A stretch of DNA of 46,847 nt, the filler included, from Catajapyx aquilonaris (taxonomy: Eukaryota): assembly GCA_000934665.2 (NCBI GenBank). It is 2 parts of 2 records of this genome, joined end to end, with 100 filler letters (N's around TTAATTAATTAA, not from the genome) between each part and the next. Parts side by side here need not be neighbours in the genome. Positions count along the whole stretch, not along the records: positions 1 to 23,376 come from JYFJ02005693.1; 1 more part is not named here. The stretch is one strand, 5' to 3'. Every line of letters starts with the position of its first letter. Position 1 is the stretch's first letter. The notes beneath the pieces are model-generated. The model searched no databases and was not told the DNA's origin. It saw only the letters and a program-made list of their open reading frames with translations. Below are positions 1-11,430 of this stretch, piece by piece. Made by a program: the position numbers and the translations under genes.

Positions 1-96
1 TATAGCCATAATTATTGCAAAGATTACTACCAAATCAATGGGTCACTCCTATGGAAAAGTATTTCATAACCCGAGCAACGCCGGGTATCCTGCTAG
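1..96 (+). mobile_element. Helitron-like 3' end (5' part outside window)
   Basis: GC-rich hairpin ACCCGAGCAACGCCGGGT (69-86) followed a few nt later by CTAG (93-96) and a host T, the diagnostic Helitron 3' terminus. Confidence 0.55.
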
Positions 97-167
97 TCTT
101 CTATAACTGCAAGTTTTTTTCCGGTCCCATGGAGATTCGACTGATACAACTTTTACTGTATTACAAA

Positions 168-615
168 TTATAAGTAATCTATATCGAGGAAGTAAAGTAT
201 ATACAGGAAGATGTGCATAGGCAGTATGCAAATACTACGTCATTTTATATAAAGGACTTGAACCGAAGCAGTAGTGGTGGAGTGGATAGGGTATCCGACT
301 GCTAATCGGGAGGTCCTGGGTTCGAATCCCGGAGGCCGGCGACCCTGACCATGGTTTTCTGTGGTTTCCCATTGCAGGATAATTCCGGGGTCGTTACCGT
401 AATATAGGCCACAGCCGCTTCCTTCCTTCCCTTTCCCTGCTTCATTTCAGATGATGAGAAAATAGTAAAAAATGGAAGAGTTCCAGACAAAAAAAAAATG
501 GGAGAAATCCCCCCCTAGGAAGGCCCGTAGGCTGATAATGGGGTATCAAATTATTTATTATTATCATTATTATTATAAAGGACTTGAGCATCCGCGGATA
601 CAGAGGGCCAACCAT
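168..615. mobile_element. Tigger/pogo (MER2-like) DNA transposon remnant, split by a SINE
   Basis: Removing the SINE rejoins TATAAGTAATCTA..AAAGTATA..GGAAGATGTGCATAGG..TATGCAAATACTACGTCATTTTATATAAAGGACTTGAGCATCCGCGGATACAGAGGG, which resembles my recollection of the MER2/Tigger terminal region. Confidence 0.5.
262..573 (+). mobile_element. tRNA-derived SINE with 14-bp TSD
   Basis: A box TGGTGGAGTGG, B box GGTTCGAATCC, (TTA)n tail, direct repeat TATAAAGGACTTGA at 248-261 and 574-587. Confidence 0.85.
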
Positions 616-648
616 ATAATATGCCCACCCTGTTTTCCCACCCTCGCC

Positions 649-741
649 TTAGGTCTTCTTGACATTGACAGCTGCAGTGGATGAAGCGGCAAACGCTTCT
701 TTGGCCCTGTGGGCGTGCAGCACAGCCACGGCCTCCTCAAC
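649..741 (-). CDS. PABPC1: Polyadenylate-binding protein, coding exon 7 (end of MLLE, stop)
   Basis: TTGCAG acceptor; VEEAVAVLHAHRAKEAFAASSTAAVNVKKT*; phase 0 with exon 6; TAA at 651-649. Confidence 0.9.
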   Translation of the reverse strand, partial: VEEAVAVLHAHRAKEAFAASSTAAVNVKKT

Positions 742-1341
742 CTGCAACAAGCAACACATGCCCATTTAAGACACTTGCAATAATGGAACACACTGAATAT
801 CTTAGTTCAAGGTCTCAGTAGTTCTTGTTACAAGTGGAATGGCCACCTTGTGAAGGTAAATCTGCTTAGGCCTACAGCAAACTCAGGATGCTTAGAAAAC
901 TTTCTATTGGAAAAATATTTTGCAATCCTGGTTGTAAGGAAGGTCAGCCTTCCTTCGGCTCTTATACACATGCACAGAAATGGACAGCATTTGTAAGCAT
1001 GTCGGTAACAAAAACCTTGTGTAACGTTACGCAAATACACAGTGGCATATTGACTTGCATGTATTTATGTCCAATATATATGTAAAGTAGGCGCAGCAGC
1101 TGATGTATACAGAGTCAATCAGAAGGTTTTGCATTCCCGCAATTGGGGTGCAATATGTTGCCACAGCAATGGCAGCCTGTAACAAACTTGCATACTCTAC
1201 ACTTGCCCTGAACCCAGCTCCAGTACTCTATTATGATATCAAGTCAGATGACTCACTCTAAAAACATCTAGTCTATTCGTATGTTTGCAATTTCCCGGTA
1301 TACAACCGCAGTATAATTCTAGTGAAAAACAGTGGACTAAC

Positions 1342-1656
1342 CTTGATCTTGAGGGACTCGTGGTGCTCAATCATATATAACAGATCGGTGTTGTGCATCT
1401 CAAGCAACATCCCAGTGATCTTCCCAGCAAGATCTGGGTACATCCTCCGGATGAAGGGGAAGATTCGCTCTCCAAGAATCTGCTTCTGCTCCTGCGGTGG
1501 TGCGACAGCCAGGATGGAGGCGGTCAGAGGCTCCTGGCCCTGGATGTGCATGGCCTGCTGCTGTTGCTGCTGCTGGGCGGCCTGCTGTTGGGAGGCCTGC
1601 TGTTGGGCGGCCTGCTGTTGGGCTGCCTGGTGCTGTGCTGCCTGCTGAGCTGCCAC
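1342..1656 (-). CDS. PABPC1: Polyadenylate-binding protein, coding exon 6 (Q/A-rich linker + MLLE domain)
   Basis: [27 protein letters not shown]...[11 protein letters not shown] acceptor, AAG/GTTAGT donor. Confidence 0.92.
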
Positions 1657-1733
1657 CTGCAAGATGTGGAAGCAATGAAAGCCCATGCCCATGGTGTTGG
1701 TACAACTCTGGCTGAAAATAAGTCTCCTGTGCA

Positions 1734-1999
1734 ACAGGGCGACATGGTGGAGGAGTGGTTAGCGCCGCAGTCTTCCACCTCTAAGGTCCCGAGTTTGATC
1801 CCCGGGTCGGACGGAGGATACTTATGTGGATAGAGTTTCGATGGGTTCTCTCTATGTTTGCATGGGTTTTCTCGGGGTTCTCTCGTTTCCTCCCACTATC
1901 AAAATCCATCGCAGCGCAGGCAATGATTAAAGACGGTCATTAAAAGATGATCCCCTAAAAAGTCCAAGGAGGCTTATCACGGGGTATCCATTATTTATT
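1734..1999 (+). mobile_element. tRNA-derived SINE with V-SINE-like central domain and 15-bp TSD, in PABP intron 5
   Basis: A box TGGAGGAGTGG, B box GAGTTTGATCC, core GAGTTT..GTTCTC..GGGTTTTCTC..GTTTCCTCCCAC, (ATTT)n tail, TSD TAAGTCTCCTGTGCA at 1719-1733 and 2000-2014. Confidence 0.85.
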
Positions 2000-2161
2000 T
2001 AAGTCTCCTGTGCAGGAGAGAAGAGGACCATAGAGAACCTCATCTCCCAGGAAGCACAATCTGATTGAACAGTTACCAGCTCCCAAGCCTCCCATACAAA
2101 TTTTATTTTTTTGGACAGAGAATTCAGGGCAGCATTTGACCCAACACGTTTCCCGACTTAC

Positions 2162-2571
2162 CTGCACAACTTGCTGAGCAGCATGTTGTTGGGCAGCCAC
2201 CTGAGCGGCTGCAGCTGCCTGCACAGCGGCAGCCTGCTGCTGTGCTGCCACCCCAGCTCCACCAGAAGGGTCGTGCATGTGGTACTTGTAGCCAGGGCCA
2301 CCACCAGGGGCAACCCCAGCTCCTCCTGCTGCACCTCCTTGTCCAGCGGCCACAGCTGCAGCCTGAGCTGCAGTGACAGCCTGCTGCTGGGCCATGGCAA
2401 CAAAATCAGCAGTTGGTCCGCCCATGGGTCGCCCACCAGCCATGGAAGCTCCCACAACAGGCTGCTGCCTGGTGATTGTGCGATTGGAGATGGCTGTGTG
2501 CATGGAACCAGCCTGGGCTGCAGTTGGAGCACGGCCGTTGGTGCGGAACTGGGCCTGCATGCTTGGGAATC
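2162..2571 (-). CDS. PABPC1: Polyadenylate-binding protein, coding exon 5 (low-complexity linker)
   Basis: TTTTCAG acceptor (phase 1), GFPSMQAQFR...PGYKY...QVVQ, CAG/GTAAGT donor. Confidence 0.88.
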
Positions 2572-2887
2572 CTGAAAAATTGAAATTTCATTAGTTGGTA
2601 ACTCATTTGGGTTGCAACCAACTTTCCCATTTCAAAAGTAACAAATTCCTCAAACTGAATTCCATTAATGTAAAGAGCACTGCAGAGATTTCAGATGTGG
2701 TGCAAATCAGAGATCTAGTAATGTGGTTGTGGCTACCCCCTTGTGGAATGGCTGCCTGGCACATGGCAGCCATCTCCGGCAAGTGCAACTATCAAAATCC
2801 ACTTTTCTATGCCCCAGAGCACATATGTTACTCTCAAATCATTTATGGGTGTGCCATGAAAGCAAGTTCTAATGGGTACTTGACTCA

Positions 2888-3541
<654 letters not shown>

Positions 3542-3657
3542 CTATTACAAGCAGAATGCCCTCATGGGCATGGATAACCTTCCTTCAAAAACACACGTAT
3601 GGACCTTTACAAAGATTAAAAACAGACCACAGCACTAACCTGTCCAACTTTGCAGAC

Positions 3658-3963
3658 CTTCTCGTTGAGCTCCTTTCCGTTCATGGCCTTGACAGCCAAC
3701 TCCGCAGCCTCTGGCTCCTCAAAGGCAACGAAGCCAAAGCCCTTGGACTTGCCGTCGTCATTGATCATCACCTTGTGGCTGGTGATCTTGCCAAATGGCT
3801 CAAACATTTTACGGAGCTTCTCGTCGTCCAAATCGGCACCAAAGTTCTTGATGTACACGTTATAGAAGCACTTGGCCTTCTCGACGAGCTCCTTCTCACG
3901 TTCTAGCCGGGGGATGAACTTGCCCACATACACCTTCTTTCCGTTTAGCAAAATGCCATTCAC
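3658..3963 (-). CDS. PABPC1: Polyadenylate-binding protein, coding exon 3 (end of RRM2, RRM3)
   Basis: [34 protein letters not shown]; the homology-based donor after 3658 is weak (GTCTGC), and a stronger in-frame donor lies after 3640. Confidence 0.9.
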
Positions 3964-4013
3964 CTATTATATATAACAATAACAGCAATATTACACAGAG
4001 CAAAACTTTACTA

Positions 4014-4460
<447 letters not shown>

Positions 4461-4793
4461 TCAATATTCCAAACAGTAGGCTAACTAATGCCAACACTAT
4501 TCCAGTCAAGTGTGCATGACATAATATTAATTAACCCAGGCCTCCCAAAGCATCCAAAAAATTTGCCTCTCTATAGTTTCGAATCAATCAAAAAGAAATT
4601 ATTTACTAGAATCATGAGTTGCTTACCACAATAGAGTTGAATAGCTGAGGGAAAAACCTACAACAAGAAAACCAAAACCACAACACCAAGATTGGCCCAA
4701 ATTGACAAAAAAAAGTGGCCAAGAATAGCAAGTATCGTTGAGAGATATTTAAAAATAGTAATATAATTATTAATTATATAAGCAGGGAGGAAA

Positions 4794-5248
<455 letters not shown>

Positions 5249-5294
5249 TTAGACGATATAACTTGGCAGCATCTGCTGAAACATCGCGTCACTT

Positions 5295-5700
5295 GATGGC
5301 AGCCATTTTTTTTTGTTAACACTTTACATTTTAAATGTGGCGATCAAATCGCTCACACGTAAAAACGCACCTTCAAGGAGAGGATAGCTGATCGTACCTT
5401 GTCGGCGCACAAAAAAATGCTGCCTCAGTACGAGGTAAGCTTCACAGGCAGTCGTTGCTCTGCCACCAAGAGCACGGACTATTCACGGGCAGAGACGGTC
5501 CGCTTGCAGCACACAACCAAAAGTCCCTTCCCAACAGGTTCCCCCAGACTCCAAATGACAAAATGAACAATCAGTCAGCCATTCACCTAGGGCCTAGGCC
5601 TACTCGGGAACAAAGAAATTGGTATAGCGTTCGGCGCGCGCATGCGCGAGGGCCTGAAGAGCTGGCAATCCTAAGCCTGGCGCACGCGCCGTGGCGTGGG
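5295..5700 (-). promoter_or_regulatory. Putative PABP promoter/5' region
   Basis: CpG-rich; perfect NRF1/EWG-type palindrome CGCGCATGCGCG (5637-5648), a second GCGCACGCGC (about 5680), and YY1-like AAAATGGCTGCC on the minus strand near 5298-5309. Confidence 0.5.
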
Positions 5701-5936
5701 TTGCCTAACTAGCAAGGCTCTGGTGCTCTGATTTCACTCCTTTTGTCCTTTACCGCCGCATAGCGTCAGGGAACACAAATTGATGTGTACCGTATTGTGT
5801 GTTGGGTGTAAAACGCTTTTTGCTTATAATTATTATAATGATTGCAAAGTGAAACAATTAATTATTAATACATTGCGCTATTTACGCCCACTGAACTGCT
5901 GCAATATACAGTGTGATCCGATGCAGTCCGATGGTG

Positions 5937-6060
5937 TGATCCAAAATACTTGTCCAACTAATATAGCTATTTGTAAGCACTAGCTTGTAAGCTGCTTGTT
6001 TTAGAGCAGTAACTTTTCGTAATTACTTTTAATGGCTATCAAACGTACTGGATACTAATA
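5937..6060 (+). repeat. Dispersed repeat, same family as the arms of the 9318-9708 element
   Basis: GATCCAAAATACTTGTCCAACTAATATAGCTATTT... aligns by eye with 9318-9415 (+) and 9590-9708 (-). Confidence 0.7.
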
Positions 6061-6235
6061 TTAGGCCGAACGGCGAATCATCCGTTCAAGCACCGAACTG
6101 CAAATGATTTCCGATTGGGAATGGGAGACACCTTTGTGCGCCTTTGTGCATGCCAGACCCTCTTGCAGGCTTTTAAAAGAATGGGTACATGCAACATATT
6201 GGCAACTAATACAAGTAGTACTTTTGATAACCAAA

Positions 6236-6499
6236 GGGAAGCGAAGTGGCGCTGCGGCAACATATGCGCCCACGGATGTTAAGGTCCCGGGATCAAATCC
6301 CGCCTGGGGTTCCCCCCTTCACCTAGTGCAGAGTTGGGCCATCTCTGGCTTCGTCTCAGGTGGAATTTCCTTAGACTAATCCACCCGGGAGAGTTCACAA
6401 AATGACCACACCCACGACATTGCACTGCACTGTGCACATCCCCTCCTGTCATCCTGCCCGCGGGCCCGGGCGGGCGTTACGTATGAGGTTCCAATAAAT
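6236..6499 (+). mobile_element. tRNA-derived SINE (family shared with 7425-7742, different 3' tail)
   Basis: A box TGGCGCTGCGG, B box GGATCAAATCC; body nearly identical to the reverse complement of 7525-7730; ends in AATAAA. Confidence 0.8.
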
Positions 6500-6527
6500 G
6501 TACTGTACAGCACAACTATAAGTTATA

Positions 6528-6952
6528 CAGGGTGTATCTGAACTCAGTGCCCCGACGTATATGACTGCCTTCCTAGCCACCAGAGGATCGATTTAAGTAT
6601 AGGAGTCATATGTCTGGGCAGCCTCATTACGGAGATAATTGGCCGCAAACATGTAGTACAAAATATCCTGTCGGTTAGGCCACCCATCGAACCCTCCCCC
6701 AGTCAGAAGGCTCTGGAAGGTCTGGGGGCGGGACTTTGTTGGTTTGTTGCCCACAGGTGGTAAGGCCTCTTTGGCTAGTTACACCAGAAAATTCTATTTA
6801 AATGTCAGAAGGAGCGACTAGGCAAAAATCGCTAAAGAGCGTATCTCAGTAATGAGGCTGCCCAGACAGAATGACTCCTATACTTAAATCGATCCTCTGG
6901 TGGCTAGGAAGGCAGTCATATACGTCGGGGCACTGGGTTCAGATACACCCTG
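6528..6952. mobile_element. Tc1/mariner-type MITE
   Basis: About 110-bp TIRs starting CAGGGTGTATCTGAAC, TA on both sides. Confidence 0.9.
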
Positions 6953-7124
6953 TATAGAGCCAGTTGTATGAATGCAAATTAATCCTAATTGTATGGGTTC
7001 CATTTCGTATTTTTTACCTATTTTTAGAGAGATCAGAAAAAAACTGCCAGCAGTTTTTTTATGTGGAATTGTCAAAATTGCATCCAAATGCCATTGTTTG
7101 AGATTGACCTAAAGGGGTCTAGCA

Positions 7125-7273
7125 CAAGGGGGTAACCACTCGACTGAAAAGTGTACACTGGAGTACCAAAATTCAATGAGTACCAAGGAGTACCAAAGAG
7201 TAAAGTACCTAAGGAGTACCTGGGAGTACCACTTGCAGGTGTACATAGGAGTACCGAAGTGATTACCCCCTTG
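7125..7273. mobile_element. hAT MITE
   Basis: TIR CAAGGGGGTAA(C/T)CACT; 8-bp TSD GTCTAGCA/GTCTAGCC; interior filled with repeated GAGTACC motifs. Confidence 0.8.
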
Positions 7274-7424
7274 GTCTAGCCACTTGAGTTGCAGGTGAGA
7301 AATGATTCTCTTGACCTGACCAAATAAATGTTTCAGAGACCCTGGACCTAGCTCCCACTTAGCTGGCTAGTGGCATTACCATTAGACCAATGTGATATGA
7401 ACTCCTACATTTTAGGCTTGGTTG

Positions 7425-7742
7425 TATTTTTTTATTATTTTAAGTGTACCCCATGATAGGGGCCGAGGCCCTCTTGGGGGGGGGGGGGNGGGGGGATTAC
7501 CACCACAGGGTGACTGGGATCTGGGAGGGGATGTGCAAAGTGCAAGTGCAATGTCGTTGCTTGGTCATTTTGTGAACTCCCCCAGGTGGATTAGTCTAGC
7601 GGAGATTCCACCCGAGACGAAGCCAGAGATGGCCCAACTCTGCACAAGATGAAGGGGGGAACCCCGGGTTGGAATCGAACCCGGGACCTTAACATCCGTA
7701 GGTGCATAGTGCATATGTTACCGCAGCGCCACTCTGTCTCCT
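7425..7742 (-). mobile_element. tRNA-derived SINE
   Basis: Minus strand A box TGGCGCTGCGG, B box GGTTCGATTCC; same body as 6236-6499; A-rich tail. Confidence 0.82.
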
Positions 7743-7979
7743 GAGGAAAAACATTCAATGGTACAACAGGTTAATGGCTCATTGTATGAATGTAAATTAG
7801 TTAAATTCTCTAATTTATTGCATTCATACAACTGGCCCTAAATTCTTATGTGCTGTCACCTTATGGAGGGTGGAAGAGCAGGTCTTTTCACAGAATGGGT
7901 ATTGGGGAAGCATTCACTGCAGGCTACAGCAAATGTAAATAATTATTTTTAGATTAATATGCACTGTGCACACAAGTGG

Positions 7980-8500
7980 ATGTGCCTCTATGCTACTCTA
8001 TGATACACATCAAAACATTGCTGGTGTAATGGTGCAAAATAAGGCATCTTCCACAAGCAGTATGCAATTCTTAGGGCTGTGATGACCTCTAGCCATTCCT
8101 TCCTTGATATTAGCCCACAACATATTGTCTAGGGATATGACATCATGGTAATCATGACACAGGAGGCAGTGATGTTGGTGTCAATTCAGTGACCTGGGAA
8201 ATTTCCCTTCATAAGGCAGTGCACAGAGAGCTGAGTGTGCAGGTGCCCTATGCAGCAGCAGTCAAACCTCTTCCATGAGGTCTTTATTTTTAAATGCCGC
8301 CACCTACACGACTGTCTGTCTAAGTATTGAGTTGGAGGGAATAAGGCAGGAACTTCTAACCATAATCATCATGCTTTGACTGGAGCAGCAACTTCGGAAG
8401 GAGTGATCTAATGCTCAGCCCTCTAAGTATACCATTACCTGGATGTGCATGCATTATGCTTCACCAGTGTTGACAGCATCTGCTAGGATGAATTCATTTT
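7980..8500 (-). pseudogene. Highly decayed IS630/Tc1-like transposase fragment
   Basis: Minus-strand translation with stops, HQHHCLLCHDYHDVISLDNMLWANIKEGMAR..LVEDA..TITPAMF, resembles the LPPYHxxLNPIExxWxxxK motif. Confidence 0.35.
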
Positions 8501-8682
8501 TTCCTCCTCAACCTGACTCTTTTCTCTTCTGACATGTAATGATCCTTAAGAGGTGCAAAGAGTCACAGCAGGAAAAATGGGTGGCCATTCATAATTCATC
8601 GTCTACTTTGCGATATGGCATGTAATCCAAAGAAGGGATGCAAAATCGCAGATCTAGTTTGTGGTTCTATGCACCTTACTAA

Positions 8683-8832
8683 AGGCCAAAACACAAAAAG
8701 ATTTTGCGGCAGCGACAAGCGGCAAACGCGTGCCCCGCCAATTATTATTAATTATTGGCAATAATAAATATAAATAATAAATATGCCGCAACGCGCGCCG
8801 TTTGCCGCGCGAATTTTTTTTGTGAAATGGCC
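8683..8832. mobile_element. Small Harbinger-like MITE
   Basis: AGGCCA..CACAAAAA / TTTTTGTG..TGGCCT termini, inner GCGGCAAACG / CGTTTGCCGC inverted pair. Confidence 0.4.
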
Positions 8833-9317
8833 TAAAAGTGATTTCATGTCCCATGTGGATGTAGTGCTTGAATTTAATTAGTTCCTTTGGCTCCCCCAAT
8901 CAATCAACCAACAAACCCTACACCCTAATCCATCCACCAAGATTTCAGCATACACATATAGTCTCCATGCAGCGGACATAAATAAAGAGCCAATCATCTG
9001 CTAGTGCTAATGAATTGCCAACAATTGAGACCGGAAACAGTGTTTTATTAGTGTGCACATATTGAATTTTTCTCTGAAATGGTATGTTTTAGTTGTTTTG
9101 AATGCAGCAGCTGGCTGGTTCATATCCTGGCTGGTTGCAAAGTGGTTCTCGAAATAGTTGTTTTTACACAGTAGTGTGTATCCATCTGAATTATGTGGCT
9201 AGAGTTCTCCAGGCAATTATGGTTCCCATCTGGAACTATGGGGTTTTAGGCTTGGATTGCTGAAACTGAAGCATTGTAGCATGATTTCAACTGCTGATCA
9301 AGAAGCACATCAAGCAT

Positions 9318-9708
9318 GATCCAAAATACTTGTTCGACTAATATGGCTATTTCTTGGCACTAAGCTGCTTATTTTAGCAGCTACTTTTCCATATTTACTT
9401 TTAGTGACTATCAGCAGAATGAGCTGCTTCTATATTAGGTTACATATACTACCCACCCCAGCAGTAAGATGATCTGGCATGAAGAAAGTGGGTTTTGTCA
9501 TTGACATGAGATGCCAAATGTTCAAATGGGCCATTCCTAATCAAAAATATCTTTGCAATTCAAAGCCTGACTGGATTATTAACTTTGGCATAATATTAGC
9601 AGTTAATACTTTCGATAGTCATTAAAAGTCACTGCAAAAGTCACTGCTTTGAAATAAACTGCTTAGTACAAAAAAAAGCTATATTAGCTGGACAAGTATT
9701 TTGGGTCG
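9318..9708. mobile_element. Degenerate MITE with about 100-bp inverted arms
   Basis: 9318-9415 versus reverse complement of 9610-9708 (CCAAAATACTTGT..CTAATAT..GCT..). Confidence 0.6.
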
Positions 9709-10746
9709 TATATAACATACATACACTGTTATTATACAGTGACCCAAAATACAGGTTGTAAATATTCATTGTGAAAATCAAAAACATTATTCACGCTTTA
9801 AGGACTCACAGAATAAACTCGCGCCATCAATTAACAATTTGCACTTATAACTTAAATATATTTTTCCAAGACATACGAGATTGCATGGTGATGAATGGAG
9901 GAAAGAGTGTCGAACAGAGCAATGAACAAAGTGAGACACGAAATCAACAGATAAGTGCTATAGGGAATTCCTAAGGAGTTAAGAAAATTCATGGTAATCA
10001 TGTATACCATATGCAGGGAGGGTTGCATAATAATCCACAAATATTTGCCTTGCAGCTCTCTATCTCCCTGTCACAAGGGATTTCTTCCTATAATATGGCA
10101 GTGATGACCCAGCATTGGTGAGCAAACTGGTTATGAAGCAGACATGATGCAAAGTGTTGAAGGATAATATGCTGCAGATTCATGTGAATCACCAAAATTT
10201 TCATGGAAGTTGTTCCTAATAATGGTACATTTAAAAGTGCACAACAGTTTGTCGTACATTAACTATTTTGGCATTGCATAAAATTGCATGTGAAATTAGT
10301 ACCGTAATTTTGCCACTTTTTACTTTGTAATAGTAATAGAATCACAAATGTTCCAGGATTGTTACATAATTTTCATTTTCATTTTTCAGCCAATGGTAGA
10401 TTATTACTGGTATTTTGAGTTACCAATTGTACATTAAAATGTTAATTAATGAAATCTGATACATATATGGGATCATAGGACTGGTGTTTCAATCTTGGAG
10501 GTTCTGATCAGTTTCTAGAAAAGGGCTGGGTCATCTGTCAAATTTAGTACTTACCACCCTTATAGTATATAAATTGCTTCCACTTCCTGTGCCATTTTTA
10601 TTATAAATCCTGTTAGCCCACCCTGAGTCATTTAATGCTACATCTGTATTGTCCCTTGTCCAAATTCCCAGTTTAGTTAGAGCTAGTCATTTTACTGCCT
10701 TTGTTCATAATTGGCCCAGCACACTACAGATGTGGGGAACTTCATA

Positions 10747-11152
10747 GTAGAGTCGCCGGACAAAACGTCACATATCCATCCGCGGGCGAAAATGAGATTT
10801 TGGTACTAAAATATTGTTCACCTTCCAATGCATAGTTACAGAAACTCCCGTGTTTCAAAGCGACACAGAAACCATTTTGTTTTCAGCATGAAAAATGAGT
10901 GGTGGTGCAAAATGTCACGCTTTCTCTTACTGCTGTGGGGCATAGTGACACATATCCCAAATGGCCAATCATGGAGAGTGAGCGTGTCAACATGGCAGCG
11001 CCCATGGCTTGATTCTCGTCATTCGCTATTGACACTGCAACTGTGTAACCATGTCCAAGCATATGTGAGGCTCCTGGTAGCTATTGCAGAAATCACGCCC
11101 TGGCGGAAAATTTGTCTCCGTGGATATGTGACGTTCTGACCGGCGACTCCAC
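10747..11152. mobile_element. MITE, superfamily unassigned
   Basis: About 32-bp TIR GAGTCGCCGG(A/T)CA(A/G)AACGTCACATATCCA at 10747-10778 and 11121-11152. Confidence 0.75.
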
Positions 11153-11430
11153 ATTATTTATGTACTTGTACTAGTTCATCTTATTACGCCTGCAACCCAC
11201 AAAACTAATGTGTAAATATTCTTATTTAGAGGGGGCTGCATCTATAGCTTGGGCTGGACCACTACAACCTGCAAGTGAGTGACATATCTCTTGTCTACTG
11301 AATAGGAGTGCATAAAGGGTATAAGATTTTTTCCCTTCAAATGGGACAGGTCAGTGTATGCACCAGTCAGTGAGTCCTTAATTTTTACAACATTCTCTTT
11401 CCAGAAGAATGTTGTTCATGTACACCGGCA

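Larger units (their letters stand above)
6957..7838. mobile_element. PIF/Harbinger-like MITE hosting nested hAT MITE and SINE
   Basis: TIR G(A/G)GCCAGTTGTATGAATGCAA at both ends; right end followed by TAA. Confidence 0.6.

Noticed and set aside
266..340. tRNA genes here and at about 1737, 6240, 7670-7740 and 19016
   Set aside because: A/B boxes are present but I found no complete cloverleaf; each continues into a SINE body and tail, two with clear TSDs
1322..1833. Plus-strand Cys- or Leu-rich ORFs (also 2111-2575, 3511-3906, 14727-15140)
   Set aside because: Antisense shadows of real minus-strand exons
8360..8560. Possible downstream CLASP-like (CLIP-interacting domain) exons
   Set aside because: Frames contain stops, there is no convincing similarity, and the region fits a decayed transposase better
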